The notes: generated by a model from the letters alone, not told the origin. Positions 41,299 to 55,519 are shown, numbered from the stretch's first letter. The stretch is DNA of 64,000 bases from Chrysomallon squamiferum (GCA_012295275.1 CM022679.1:1-64000), one strand, 5' to 3'. Made by a program: numbers and translations.

Positions 41299-44282
41299 TC
41301 TCTGTGGTTTTCATACAGAGAGGGTGGGTGTGGTATGTTAATAATTTTAACATTCAGTATGGTTTTGTTTAGAGATGAGTCTGTACAGTTGTAATATCTG
41401 TGTCTGTGGTTTTCATACAGAGAGGGGTGGGTGTGGTATGTTAATAATTTTAACATTCAGTATGGTTTTGTTTAGAGATGAGTCTGTACAGTTGTAATAT
41501 CTGTGTCTGTGGTTTTCTTACAGAGAGGGTGGGTGTGGTATGTTAATAATTTTAACATTCAGTATGGTTTTGTTTAGAGATGAGTCTGTACAGTTGTAAT
41601 ATCTGTGTCTGTGGTTTTCTTACAGAGAGGGGTGGGTGTGGTATGTTAATAATTTTAACATTCAGTATGGTTTTGTTTAGAGATGAGTCTGTACAGTTGT
41701 AATATCTGTGTCTGTGGTTTTCTTTACAGAGAGGGTGGGTGTGGTATGTTAATAATTTTAACATTCAGTATGGTTTTGTTTAGAGATGAGTCTGTACAGT
41801 TGTAATATCTGTGTCTGTGGTTTTCTTACAGAGAGGGGTGGGTGTGGTATGTTAATAATTTTAACATTCAGTATGGTTTTGTTTAGAGATGAGTCTGTAC
41901 AGTTGTAATATCTGTGTCTGTGGTTTTCTTACACAGAGGGGTGGGTGTGGTATGTTAATAATTTTAACATTCAGTATGGTTTTGTTTAGAGATGAGTCTG
42001 TACACAGTTGTAATATCTGTGTCTGTGGTTTTCATACAGAGAGGGGTGGGTGTGGTATGTTAATAATTTTAACATTCAGTATGGTTTTGTTTAGAGATGA
42101 GTCTGTACAGTTGTAATATCTGTGTCTGTGGTTTTCTTACAGAGAGGGGTGGGTGTGGTATGTTAATAATTTTGACATTCAGTATGGTTTTGTTTAGAGA
42201 TGAGTCTGTACAGTTGTAATATCTGTGTCTGTGGTTTTCTTACAGAGAGGGGTGGGTGTGGTATGTTAATAATTTTGACATTCAGTATGGTTTTGTTTAG
42301 AGATGAGTCTGTACAGTTGTAATATCTGTGTCTGTGGTTTTCATACAGAGAGGGTTGGGTGTGGTATGTTAATAATTTTAACATTCAGTATGGTTTTGTT
42401 TAGAGATGAGTCTGTACAGTTGTAATATCTGTGTCTGTGGTTTTCTTACAGAGAGGGTTGGGTGTGGTATGTTAATAATTTTGACATTCAGTATGGTTTT
42501 GTTTAGAGATGAGTCTGTACAGTTGTAATATCTGTGTCTGTGGTTTTCATACAGAGAGGGTTGGGTGTGGTATGTTAATAATTTTAACATTCAGTATGGT
42601 TTTGTTTAGAGATGAGTCTGTACAGTTGTAATATCTGTGTCTGTGGTTTTCTTACAGAGAGGGGTGGGTGTGGTATGTTAATAATTTTAACATTCAGTAT
42701 GGTTTTGTTTAGAGATGAGTCTGTACAGTTGTAATATCTGTGTCTGTGGTTTTCTTACAGAGAGGGGTGGGTGTGGTATGTTAATAATTTTAACATTCAG
42801 TATGGTTTTGTTTAGAGATGAGTCTGTACAGTTGTAATATCTGTGTCTGTGGTTTTCTTACAGAGAGGGTTGGGTGTGGTATGTTAATAATTTTAACATT
42901 CAGTATGGTTTTGTTTAGAGATGAGTCTGTACAGTTGTAATATCTGTGTCTGTGGTTTTCTTACAGAGGGGTGGGTGTGGTATGTTAATAATTTTAACAT
43001 TCAGTATGGTTTTGTTTAGAGATGAGTCTGTACAGTTGTAATATCTGTGTCTGTGGTTTTCTTACAGAGAGGGGTGGGTGTGGTATGTTAATAATTTTAA
43101 CATTCAGTATGGTTTTGTTTAGAGATGAGTCTGTACAGTTGTAATATCTGTGTCTGTGGTTTTCTTACAGAGAGGGGTGGGTGTGGTATGTTAATAATTT
43201 TAACATTCAGTATGGTTTTGTTTAGAGATGAGTCTGTACAGTTGTAATATCTGTGTCTGTGGTTTTCTTACAGAGAGGGGTGGGTGTGGTATGTTAATAA
43301 TTTTAACATTCAGTATGGTTTTGTTTAGAGATGAGTCTGTACAGTTGTAATATCTGTGTCTGTGGTTTTCTTACAGAGAGGGGTGGGTGTGGTATGTTAA
43401 TAATTTTAACATTCAGTATGGTTTTGTTTAGAGATGAGTCTGTACAGTTGTAATATCTGTGTCTGTGGTTTTCTTACAGAGAGGGGTGGGTGTGGTATGT
43501 TAATATTTAACATTCAGTATGGTTTTGTTTAGAGATGAGTCTGTACAGTTGTAATATCTGTGTCTGTGGTTTTCTTACAGAGAGGGGTGGGTGTGGTATG
43601 TTAATAATTTTAACATTCAGTATGGTTTTGTTTAGAGATGAGTCTGTACAGTTGTAATATCTGTGTCTGTGGTTTTCTTACAGAGAGGGGGTGGGTGTGG
43701 TATGTTAATAATTTTAACATTCAGTATGGTTTTGTTTAGAGATGAGTCTGTACAGTTGTAATATCTGTGTCTGTGGTTTTCTTACAGAGAGGGGTGGGTG
43801 TGGTATGTTAATAATTTTAACATTCAGTATGGTTTTGTTTAGAGATGAGTCTGTACAGTTGTAATATCTGTGTCTGTGGTTTTCATACAGAGAGGGTTGG
43901 GTGTGGTATGTTAATAATTTTAACATTCAGTATGGTTTTGTTTAGAGATGAGTCTGTACAGTTGTAATATCTGTGTCTGTGGTTTTCATACAGAGAGGGG
44001 TGGGTGTGGTATGTTAATAATTTTAACATTCAGTATGGTTTTGTTTAGAGATGAGTCTGTACAGTTGTAATATCTGTGTCTGTGGTTTTCATACAGAGAG
44101 GGTGGGTGTGGTATGTTAATAATTTTAACATTCAGTATGGTTTTGTTTAGAGATGAGTCTGTACAGTTGTAATATCTGTGTCTGTGGTTTTCTTACAGAG
44201 AGGGGTGGGTGTGGTATGTTAATAATTTTAACATTCAGTATGGTTTTGTTTAGAGATGAGTCTGTACAGTTGTAATATCTGT
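41299..44282. repeat. Highly homogeneous tandem array, ~103-bp unit, ~29 copies
   Basis: Unit tctgtggttttcttacagagaggggtgggtgtggtatgttaataattttaacattcagtatggttttgtttagagatgagtctgtacagttgtaatatctgtg with only a few variant positions. Confidence 0.98.
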
Positions 44283-45369
44283 AGTCCACCAGTGACTGTG
44301 GTTTGTGTTATTCAGGATTTGGGTGTGTCTATAATGTTGCATTTATTACAAAACACATTTTATTTATTGTTTCTGTGTGTGTATTCATATCTTTATGTTT
44401 GTGTATTTGTGTATGTATATGTGTATAATTATGTATGTATGTATATATATATATATATATTAAATAACTAGATATACCCACTACCAATTTTTCCTTCTTT
44501 CTGTTTATCCATAAATTCATCCACCACCTTTAATTATCCCCCACTACTGCACACCTGTTTGAAAATTAAAAGAAGAAATGTGTTGTTAATTGTGAAAACT
44601 TTAATTGGTTTTTTACCTGGCACTGATGACTAAATACAGGTGAGATGTCAGTTACCTGTGTCTGGCAGTGTGCCAGGTTAGACTTGTTTTACAAAACAAC
44701 AGAAAATTTTATTATCAGTTTTAAATCCAACTCTGTGGTATCACTGGAACCTCAAGTTGCCTAAGAAAAAACACAAAATATCAAACAAAAAACTGTTTAT
44801 GTATAAATAAACCTCTTTCTCTGTATATGTTTGAATATATTTCTTGTTATTGATGTTTCTGGACAGGTTTGCTTTAAAACACTGAATCTTTATAAATAAT
44901 TAAACAGAAGAAGAAAAACAAGTATAGAGAAAACCTCCAGGGAAGAAATATATAATTATTTCACACAGTAAATCAGTGTGTCCAGTAAACAAGTACTTGA
45001 ACCTTTACTGTGAATATGACACTGCAATAATTACAAACACAATAAACACAGTATTGTAGATAAAGCAAAAAACAGATGTGTTAATAACACTGATATCACT
45101 GTCTGCATGTGTGATATATTTGTATAACGTATGTGTGTGATGTTATCACTGATAAGTGTTAGACTGGCGACTGCAACCAGTTTTTACCAAGAGTTACAGT
45201 CTGTGCTTATCTCTATTAGACATTTTACAACAGTCAACCTTTATTTATTTGTTTTTTCTCAATTTCTTGTTTACATATCTCAGCTAGAAAATTAGTTTTA
45301 AATATTAGGTTTGTTTTCATAATGTTTTTAACATATTCACACTCTGTCACACACATTCATAGATGTATG

Positions 45370-45403
<34 letters not shown>

Positions 45404-45722
45404 CACACTCACACTATACTCAGAAAAAGACACACACACATACATTTATGCACACGTAAATTTATTGACACACACACACACACACACAAAACCACAATGC
45501 ACAGAATAAAAGCAAACATTTCATATTTAAAAATATTCCACATTTAACAAGATAATATAAACCACATTTTACACATTTCCATTTAACTTGATTGCATATG
45601 ACACAGACAGACGGGGCACCTCATTGGAGGAAATTAAAATAAACAAACAATAATGGAGTCTTTCATAAGAACACAATTTTTATCTGCGAGTTGACTGCGG
45701 TTGACAGTTTCACATTCCAGCA

Positions 45723-45740
45723 CTTACTAGATGGCGCCAC
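45723..45740 (+). promoter_or_regulatory. CTCF-like binding motif
   Basis: ttACTAGATGGCGCCacc matches the CTCF core consensus (CCASYAGRKGGCRS) except at the 5' end. Confidence 0.4.
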
Positions 45741-46199
45741 CAGCTGAGATTCGTTCGTAGATGTAATATTTGTTTCGTTGAGAATTTCTTAGTGTCGTCT
45801 GTTCTACTGACGTAAACACATGTTTAATAAATAACTTGTTGTTCTGAACGTGTTGTACGTATCTGTGCATGTGTTTGTATATATAGATGAGTGTGTGTGT
45901 GTGCGCGCGTTTTTAGGTGTATATGTTTGTGTATGTATGTGCACGTGAGAGTCTGAATGAATGTATTTATTACATGTATTGCGTATGTCACTTTGTATGC
46001 TTTTGCATGCATGTATTAATGTGAGAGAGAAGAGTGCAGGAAAAAGAAAGACAGAGTATTATTATATACAAGTACTGCATGACAACAAGCGTGCCTGAAC
46101 CACATTGATATAAACATGTTGATATGCCCAGTTATAGAGTCATTGAGTCGATCTTGATGAATGAAAGTCACTGTATGTGTGTTAATAATACTTAATCAG

Positions 46200-46338
46200 C
46201 TAATTAACCCATACGCCGCCGTTGTTGTAGCAGTTGTTAGTCATGTATGACTTCCTGTCACAAGTGTGTCACGCCGTGGTCACTGTTGTGCAGCGGAGAG
46301 CTTGTCAAGTTTGTGAGGAAGTCGTCGAGTGTCCTTGG
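46200..46338 (+). promoter_or_regulatory. Candidate alternative promoter / non-coding first exon
   Basis: Locally GC/CpG-richer island in AT-rich intron ending at consensus donor TGG|gtaagt (46339); ETS-like cttcctg. Confidence 0.4.
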
Positions 46339-47319
46339 GTAAGTGCAGTCCTTAAATACCGTAAACCCTCTAATTGTAGTCTTCATTTTAGTTTAAATAC
46401 CGTAAACACGCTAATTGTAGTCTTCATTTCAAATAACGTAAACTTTCTAACAGTATTTTTTTATTTTATTTAAAATACCTCAAACATTCTGGAAGTAGAA
46501 CAGAATTTTTATTTTATTGTATTTTATTTTTAATACAGTAAATACTCTAAAAGTATTTATTTTATGTAAAATAATGTAAATATTTTTATTTTATTTTATT
46601 TAAAATACAGTAAATATTTTAATTGTATCTCTCTTTTTATGTCATTTAAATAACCAGTTTTCATAATTGGCTTTTGACTGAATTTTTTATTTAAAAAAAC
46701 AACACCATTATAACCATCATCACAACAACAACAGCAGCAACAACAATAATTCCACTCTTCATTTAACACTTGAAACATATACAAAATTTAGTAGATTTAC
46801 ATATTTCCTACAAATACTAGCTATTGTATGTCATTTTACTTACACATCTCCATTTTCAGCATGACTGGTGTCTTCATCGCCTACAGCAGCTTCCTTAATA
46901 AACCACAAAAGTAGCTTGTTCTCTGCTGAGTTTGTCCATTTACAACACTGTCTTTGTTTTGTAAACAGTGTTTACTGTTCAGTTGCATACAGAGTGACTC
47001 TGTTTAAGATATCAGTAAACAATGAACTCTCTTTAATATGTTACATCATAACAATAACAATAGTAATAATCATAATAACAATAATCATAATAATCATAAA
47101 TGTAGTAATAATAGTGACTAAACAAAAAATAAATAAATAAAATAGATTGGACATACACAAAATCAAATAAATGAAGGAACGTTTTATTTTAAAAGATTAG
47201 AAGTAAACTTGAAATCAGTAAGGAAATATTTAATGTTTTAAGTCACTGATTTATTTGAGACTATAATGACAGTTTGATTATTTTAAAGCTTTTAGATTCT
47301 GAATACAGAAGGAGGGAAA

Positions 47320-47510
47320 GGAAATCTAATTCATGAGTTATTATTTAGCAGCAAGATACTTTTTTGTTTTACCTTCTCATGTATTAAAATGTTTCCACTG
47401 CCTGTGATAAATCACTAATGGAGCAGTGGTTGGAACATGAAATAGGTCAGTGGTGGACAGGAAGGTTGACTGCTCAGTCTGAGTGAGCACTACGACTGTC
47501 TAAGAGACTA
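47320..47510 (-). mobile_element. tRNA-derived SINE relic (same family, reverse orientation)
   Basis: Reverse complement shows ctatttcatgttccaaccactgctcc..tttatcacagg..tcttgctgctaaat, resembling the body of the 31417 and 55520 copies. Confidence 0.45.
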
Positions 47511-50404
47511 TTTACATTTTATTTCATCTCAGTGTTAGGTGTGTCAGCCATGGAGCAGTGGTTAGAATGGTAAATAACTGAGTGGTGGATAAAAAAACTA
47601 ACCACTGATTAAGAGAGTATTTACATATTTGTTCTACAGCTCAGAGTTAGATTAACAAGTTATGTTACACTGAAGCAGCAGATAATCACAAACATATGTT
47701 CTAACAGCAGTTTAACTGTGACACTAAAAGGGTTAATCATCTCTTTTTACAGAATGTTGTGTAATTTGTAAACATCCTGTAATTAACCCTTTCATGGCTC
47801 AAGTTACCAGCACAGCAGACACCACAACATATTTAACCCTATACCTCTTACTGCAACAAATTGAGTTAATTATGTTTTTAATGCAGATTTCTCCATGTTT
47901 AACTCTCACAGCATCAGCCTTCTTATGGATAATTACTTAACTTTTTTTTTTTTGTTATGCAGATTCCTGTGTTAGGTAGAACTCTGACAAACTCATACAT
48001 TATTTCCCAGAAGTCAAACTTGTGAGAATAGAAACATGACTCACAGCCATGTAACTCAGATTCCTCTTTAACCCATTAACTGTCACACATCACATTTCAC
48101 AACAGGGGCTTCTTTCCCTTTCCATCGTTTCCTTGTTTTTTATTCCTTTTTCTTTTCTACTTTTCTTTCGTTTTTTCTTTTTTTTTAAGTGGAGCAGATA
48201 ACTGGTATTTTTCAGCAGTCCATGGGGGCTTTTTTTGTGTTTTTTTACAAATTATATTCAGTTTTGAAGATAACGTTTGCCAGAAAAGAAATAGTTTTTC
48301 TTATTTTAGACAAGAATGTAGTGAATGGATTAAATGTTTTCTTTCAAAACTTAAATGTATGCCAGTGAAAATAAATAGATTTTTACTTATTTAATTTTAT
48401 TTTTTAAATTATATTTTTTTAAATGTAAATTATAACATCTGTTATATTATATAAAAATACAAACCAGGTTTTATAAATACATGTACACAAGTGTGTACTC
48501 AAGTACCGTAATGTGATTTACAATAACAAATATTTAATAGATTAGGAATAATTGATTTTAGGTTGTTGATGTTAGAGATATGATTTAAGTTTAATCTTAA
48601 TTTGTAAACAATCAGTACTGTCGTGAGTTAAAAGGAAAAGAAAATTTCAGAATTTCAAAGACAAAACAACAACTGCAAACAGAACACTCACTGATCAGCT
48701 ACACAAACAACACTTTACTAATGTACAGTTTTCTCAATAATGGGGTGAAAAACCACACAAAAAAACAGGAAATGAAAATGTTAGGAATGAGAAAATGATT
48801 GAAAAACATGCAGAAATGTGCTGATTCTGTAAAAAGTTTCCACTTCCTGTTTTGTGAACAAGAAAAAAAAAAAAAATTTAAACTGAAAATGTGAACCAAA
48901 GAACATTCACCTTGTTTGAGTAAACCTTACCTCCCCTAGTTTGAATTACACAACACTTACCTCCCCTAGTTTGAATTACATAACCCTTTCTTTTATAAGA
49001 AACTGGATTATACTCACTTTCAGAATTTAACACAAAATACGAGTGTAACGTCACCAGACTAATTGAACTAGTACTAAACTACCATGTTCTAAATCTACAC
49101 CCTCACCTCAGCCCTCCTGTTTCGCAGGGCAGTGACTGTTAATAGTGACACACAGATTTAGAAAACCAAGGTGAACAGTCTACGAGGAATTTTAAAACTT
49201 TGCCAACTGGTAATCAGTACTTGCCTTGCATGTAGAAGAAGGGAAAAAGAGAGGGAGAAAAAGAAAAGGGGAAAAAAGCAAAACGGCAAAAAACATTTTG
49301 CAAGACACAAATAAATATTACTACCCACTACTATTTCTACTATTACTACTGATAATAACAATAACAGTAATAATAATAGTAATAATAGTAATAATAATAA
49401 GAACAGTAATAATAGTAGTAATTGTGGTAGCAGTAGTAATAACACTAACAACAGTAATAGTAATAATAATGTTAAAGAAAAACTAATAAAGGAAACTGCA
49501 GTACAAATGATTATATAATAAAAATGTGAATGATGTTATCAGTTACATGGTGCAGACGTGACCAATCAGATATCTTGTATTGATTTTCTCCTTGTCTGAC
49601 ATTTCTCAGATTAATCTTGACCACAGAATTAATCTCTTTACTGGATATAACTGTCAGAGGCTGTCCAGAGATTTACAACATTCTGCTTTACATGAATATT
49701 TCTAATATTACAGTTTTATATGAATATAACATTTTATAACACACACTTGTGGATGTCTAATATTACGTATTATTACACATTCACAATAAATGTTGTACAG
49801 AAAGGAAGATATATACTTTATAACATAATACTTGTACAGTATAATTAACTAGTTTCACTTTTACATATAAAATGGAGGAAATTCTAAAATGTGAAAATCA
49901 ATATTAAACAGAAAACATTTATCTAACTTACTATTACATGTAGAAATCTATTAGACACAGATATATTTGATATTACATATAGGTTCATGATATATTACAT
50001 ACTTAATACAGGATGTTTTGTGTTTTCTTTCTTTCTTTCTGGTTTCTGGTTTCTACTTGTGTCTTTCCTGTTTCAGATCTTTTCCCAGTTTACAGAAGAA
50101 TTTTGAGTAAATCTGAGACAAATGAATACTTATTCTTCATGTTTCATCTTTAATAATTATCTAGATCAGTTAACAAAATTTCCTCTACTTGAAATCTGAA
50201 ATCAGAGTTTTCACAGTTGTTAATATGAAAATGACAAAGAATAAAAAAATAAAAATAAATGTACATGAACCCACTGAAGAGAAATATCAAGTAAATAAAA
50301 TTTATTTATACAAATTTTATTTCATCAATAAAAATGTTCAAGCTTGTTTGTTGTGACATAATTCTAATTACTTGATTACTATATCCCTCTGATAAAAGAT
50401 TTTT

Positions 50405-50961
50405 CTGTGTGTACAAGTCTTGTTAATGTAACTGTGTACAAGTCTTGTTAGTGTAACTTTGTGTACAAGTCTTGTTAATGTATCTGTGTACAAGTCTTGT
50501 TAGTGTAACTGTGTACAAGTCTTGTTAATGTAACTGTGTGTACAAGTCTTGTTAATGTAACTGTTTCTACAAGTCTTGTTAATGTAACTGTTTCTACAAG
50601 TCTTGTTAATGTAACTGTTTCTACAAGTCTTGTTAATGTAACTGTTTCTACAAGTCTTGTTAATCTAACTGTATGTACAAGTCTTGTTAGTGTAACTGTG
50701 TGTACAAATCTTGTTAATCTATTTGTACAAGTCGTGTTAGTGTAACTGTGTGTACAAGTCTTGTTAGTCTAACTGTGTACAAGTCTTGTTAATCTAACTA
50801 TTTGTACAAGTCGTGTTAGTGTAACTGTGTGTACAAGTCTTGTTAATGTAACTGTATGTACAAGTCTTGTTAGTGTAACTGTGTGTACAAGTCTTGTTAA
50901 TCTATTTGTACAAGTCGTGTTAGTGTAACTGTGTACAAGTCTTGTTAGTGTAACTGTGTGT
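50405..50961. repeat. 25-27-bp minisatellite (tacaagtcttgttaatgtaactgtgtg)
   Basis: About 21 copies. Confidence 0.95.
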
Positions 50962-51472
50962 ATGAGGGTCAAGGTCATGTCCTGAGGATACAAAATTCAG
51001 TGAAGTGTTTTTCTGGTGAGAAAATGACAGACTCTGTTATCTTTCTGTTTCTTCTTTCTTACTGCGCTGTGTTTTTCCACGTACAGATAGTGCTAATGTT
51101 TTTGTGTAAAACTTGTGTATTTAACAGTTTGTTGTAGTATTGTTTATATCATTCTTTAGTGTTTTCTCGTGAAAGTGTTTTTAATACATAGACTGTTAAT
51201 AAACATACATACACACAGACTAAAAATACACAGACACAAACATTCAAATATATGTAAATAAATATATGTATATGTGTGTGCATAGATAGACTGTTAATAA
51301 ACATACATACACACAGACTAAAAATACACAGACACAAACATACAAATATATGTAAATAAATATATGTATGTGTATGTGCATATGTATACACATGTATACA
51401 TGCACACACATACATGCAAACATAAAAAAGACACGCACATATATATACACACATACATACACACACATACAT

Positions 51473-51529
<57 letters not shown>

Positions 51530-51839
51530 TACATACACATTTATATGCATGTGTACAGAGCAGGTAACAGTAAGTTTCCTTTTCAGTCACACCACAGACA
51601 CCAGTTAAATATTAACATGAAAACATGTAGAAATATCACATATTTATTTATTTATTTATTTATTTATTTATTGTTAAACCCTGTTGTTATTTTTGTTATC
51701 ACATTCTGTTGTCAACACAAAAACAGATAAATAAAATTACAGTTATTATTATGTAACCACTTTTCACCTTCTCTGTAAACTTATCTCCCAGGTTTTACTT
51801 TATTACTCAGGTGTATGCAGGTAAATTTCAATGAAAGTA

Positions 51840-52064
51840 AACACCACCCACCCACTCGCCCACCCGCTTCGCTTGTTTTTCAAGTCCTGTCCTGTTTGCG
51901 GCAGGTTGGAGCTAAACTGGGTTGTTTATTTAGAGTCGTTTCCTCCATGCCTGTGTAGTGCAGATCAAGTGTTTTCTAAGTGTTTCTTACTGCACTAATC
52001 TACTCCAGCTTCTCGCAGCAGAGTGTGTCTGTTCGCATGTTAGTACAGTTGTTACCACATTCAG
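51840..52064 (+). promoter_or_regulatory. Candidate alternative promoter / non-coding first exon
   Basis: CACCC/GC-box cluster (caccacccacccactcgcccacccgc) followed by unique sequence ending at CAG|gtaaac (52065). Confidence 0.35.
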
Positions 52065-53689
52065 GTAAACCTTTGTTGTTGTTTTATAACTTTATTTTTA
52101 GTTTGCTCTGTTTTCATATTCAGTGTTGTGTCAAGTTTTCTGGTTTATGTCTGTGCTGTTAGAAATTGTTCAAGTTTATAATGTATGAAAAGTGTAGGAT
52201 CATATATTAATTTTTTTTTTTTTTTTTTTCAGTATTTTTCTGGTTCTTGTTTATAGGTAAAAAAAATAATTAATAATAATAAAAAGAAAAAAAGAAATCT
52301 GTAAAATAAATGTTGATTATTTTACTGGACAGTATCTTGAAACTTCATATCAAACTGTCATATAAACTTGACAGTTAATTCAGAAAAAAACAGTTCTCAC
52401 CCCCAAGAAGCATAATAACATTTTGAAATGATTTTTTGAAATTATTTTAATTTTCTGCATCACTGACAAATTTGAAACCGTTATGTAACATGAGTATTCT
52501 AACCATTAACTACAACCCACTCAATTAACAACAAGTACATTAAACTTACACTGTACTTACAGTTTACACAATCTGCACTTTAGTGTGTGAGTGGATATCA
52601 CTATATAGAAGTTATCGGTTTATAGTTTTACATGTTTCTCTGTTTCCATTGTTGTAATGTTACTCTTTAATTAAAATAATGTGACGTTAATTTATCTATT
52701 TTTTTAACAAGATAAAATTCCAGCCAATCAGAGAGGCTTACCCTGTGGCTCTTCCTTTTTAATTTCCTCAAAATTTCAAACAAATTTAGACAAATTAATA
52801 TAATACACTTAATAATACTATTGACAAAATACACTAATAATAATAAGAAGAAGAAATATTTTATAATAAAATAAAGAAAATAATATTTAACAAGTGAATA
52901 ATTAATTTTCATGATAAATTTCTGTTTTATCTTTCTAAAAATTCTTAGCTCTTTTATATGTTATCTATTTGTTACTGAAAGGGATTTTTTTATTTTCTCA
53001 TAACTGATACTGGATCCTGTGTTGTTTTAAACATTTTTCTCCAGTTTTATTTTAGCACATAGAATAATCTTCTATCTGTCTGTCTGTCTGTACATTCATG
53101 TGTAGTTTTAAACTGGTTACTTCAGAAAAGGAAATCAAAGTATAAAATTTCTACAGATATAAAAATAAGTTTAAATTTATAAAATGTCCTGTCTAGTAAG
53201 GAAATATTTTGTGTGTGATTTCTGAAATGACTCACACTGAAAGAGTTTCAGATTCTGGACATGAGATCATCAACCAGTAATAATTTCCTTGTAAAATTTT
53301 CAAATATCCACAAGAATGAAAATTTCCAGAAATATTATTTTTAGTGGTTAATGACGTCATTGTAATCCAGTTTAAATGGTCGTAATACTTCAAGTTGTTT
53401 TAAGGACAGATCAGTGGTAACAAATGGGGAGGTGTTTTATCTTTTTTGTCAGTAATTAACAGTGAAAATGCAGTGGATTTTAAGGTTTTTGGAGGGGAGA
53501 GTTTTTTTTTTTTAAATTTAATTTTTTTAATTTATTCCAAATGCCTGAAAGAACATAAAAATAAGCTAAATTCTTCCTGAACTGTGAGCTGTCCCTGGCT
53601 TGATGAGATGAGGCTGAAAGTGGTGTTAGACAGAAGTGATGTGGTTTCCTGGTTGAGTTGTCAGTAGGCGGTTGTCAGTGAGTACAGGA

Positions 53690-53740
53690 AGAAACTCACA
53701 GCGTATAAAGCTTATCAGCAGTGCGAGGTCAGCACTGCCG
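53690..53740 (+). promoter_or_regulatory. TATA-box core promoter
   Basis: gcgTATAAAgct with Inr-like element at canonical spacing, upstream of exon ending 53893. Confidence 0.5.
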
Positions 53741-53854
53741 TTGTGCAGCACTGTGCTGTTACAAAGCTGTTGTCTCCCTGGTGTATTGACTGCAGCGCTG
53801 TGCTGAAAGCGACGTTGTGGTGTAGTTGTGTTTGTTTTGTGTGTTGGAATAGAA

Positions 53855-53893
53855 ATGTGGCTGCCATCCAGTCTGAGGCTACAGAGGGGTCAG
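53855..53893 (+). CDS. Putative proximal alternative first coding exon of RasGEF1 (MWLPSSLRLQRGQ)
   Basis: TATAAA at 53704 with Inr-like tcagca ~25 nt downstream, ATG at 53855, 39 nt, strong phase-0 donor CAG|gtaaga in frame with 58076 exon. Confidence 0.55.
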
Positions 53894-54419
53894 GTAAGAC
53901 AGAAACGTTTTTGTTTAAAATTTTAAATTTTAAATTTATCTTCTGTTAATTAGTCTGTATTCCTGGAATGTGTCTAATTAGTCTGTATTCCTGGAATGTG
54001 TCTGTGGTGTGAAGAATACAAACACAAAAATTTTCTCTTCCCAGTTCAGCACTCTGAGTTTTTTTCAAAAAAAAAACATATTCTTGAAATAAATAAACTT
54101 TTTAATTAACAACATCTATTTTTACTGTTGTTGTATTTATATAACAGATTATTTGTTGGAAAAAAAATAAAAAATAAAAATGAAAATGAATAATAATGTG
54201 AAAAGAAAAAGAGAGCAAATTTATCAATAATCAAGACATAAAAACAAAATATGTAATTTAAACTATGCTAAATCCAAAAATAAAGCTAAATGTAAACCTA
54301 AACTGAAAACTAAAACCTAAGTTTAAAGAAAGCGGTGGTTAAGGAACGTGAAGCAGTCTAATGGTTGCTAAGTTAGACGTGATCGCAGACTAAACGTTCA
54401 GTCAAAGAATTCTCAGTCA

Positions 54420-54521
54420 GTTGGCCAAGTCAAACAAGCCCAGGTGAAATCTCAGGTGAGTGAACAGGTGTACACTCTCAGGTAAACTTCTCACAGTCGA
54501 TGCTGCTTTCCTCCTGTGTAG
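54420..54521 (+). promoter_or_regulatory. CAGGTG/CAGGTA E-box cluster and candidate non-coding exon
   Basis: Three CAGGTG plus one CAGGTA within ~50 bp; donor TAG|gtgagt at 54522. Confidence 0.3.
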
Positions 54522-55519
54522 GTGAGTAAAAATTAGTTAAAAATAAATTAAAACAAATATTTAAATACAGGATTTCAGTATAAATCATCTTTGTTAGTTT
54601 TAATCACTTTTATACAGCCTTTGATTTCAAATTAGTTTCAGTATCATAGAAAAACCTGTCAGTTACCAAGCTGTATTTAAAACACAAACATAAGGTTAAT
54701 GTTCTAACTAGTGAAATATAATTTTATGGAGGATTTTCTTTTGTTACTTTATGGTACTATGAAATATATACTTTCAAAATCTGGTTTACTTCCTAATTCT
54801 TAAGACTGTATGTAACAATCATCATTAATCAGACCTTGGTGACAGTGGATGGGTGAAAACTGGGTAGAAAGATTTAAATAAAATTTGTCAAGTAGAAAAA
54901 ATAAGATTAGTGGCTTCAGGTAAAAATTATGTTTGTTACTGAAGTGCAGAACACCAATCAACAGGTGTGGGTAGGTAAAGAACTGGTTGTACTGACCTGA
55001 TAAAACCATGCAGGTAAAATGAATACCTAATGAATATCAAACCACAGGTAAAAATGTTTGTGTCACTGAAGTGTGTAAAGCTAACCTCTGGAATGGGTGA
55101 TTAAAGAACTGATGACCTAGTTAAAAAAAATTTAAAAATTTAAAATGGAGGTGAATGTCCTAACATCTAAGTAAAATGTGAACTGAAAGCCAGTGGGAAT
55201 GAATCGTGGGTGAGATAAGAAAAAATGGTTAAAGTGACCTTAGAACACTGCTCCTTGTTTATGATAATGTTTGTCTGGTTTCCATGGAAACAGATGTTTT
55301 TGTGAAGATATTGGCTGCAGTGTTTTGTCTTGTTTACTTGTTTATGTGTCTGTTACAATTTAGTTCAGTGTTATACAGAGGTAAACATGGCAGTTTTGTT
55401 TATTTGTGAACACTGAGCATTTTCAAAATAATCTAGTTACTGTAAATAACTCAACCATTGCCTGATACTAACGTGTCTATAATTAGAAACACAAGATTTA
55501 TTCTATCACTAGTGATATC

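Noticed and set aside
41299-44282. CRISPR-like array or repeat-protein ORFs (MLKLLTYHT...)
   Set aside because: Units are contiguous and near-identical with no unique spacers, no cas genes, eukaryotic context; 103 is not a multiple of 3 so the ORFs are frame-cycling artefacts.
50536-50993. TSLVNVTVS repeat protein
   Set aside because: Minisatellite with mixed 25/27-bp units that break the frame; intronic.
54500-54521. Fourth coding start exon (MLLSSCV)
   Set aside because: 22 nt, phase 1, out of frame with the 58076 exon; kept only as a non-coding candidate.
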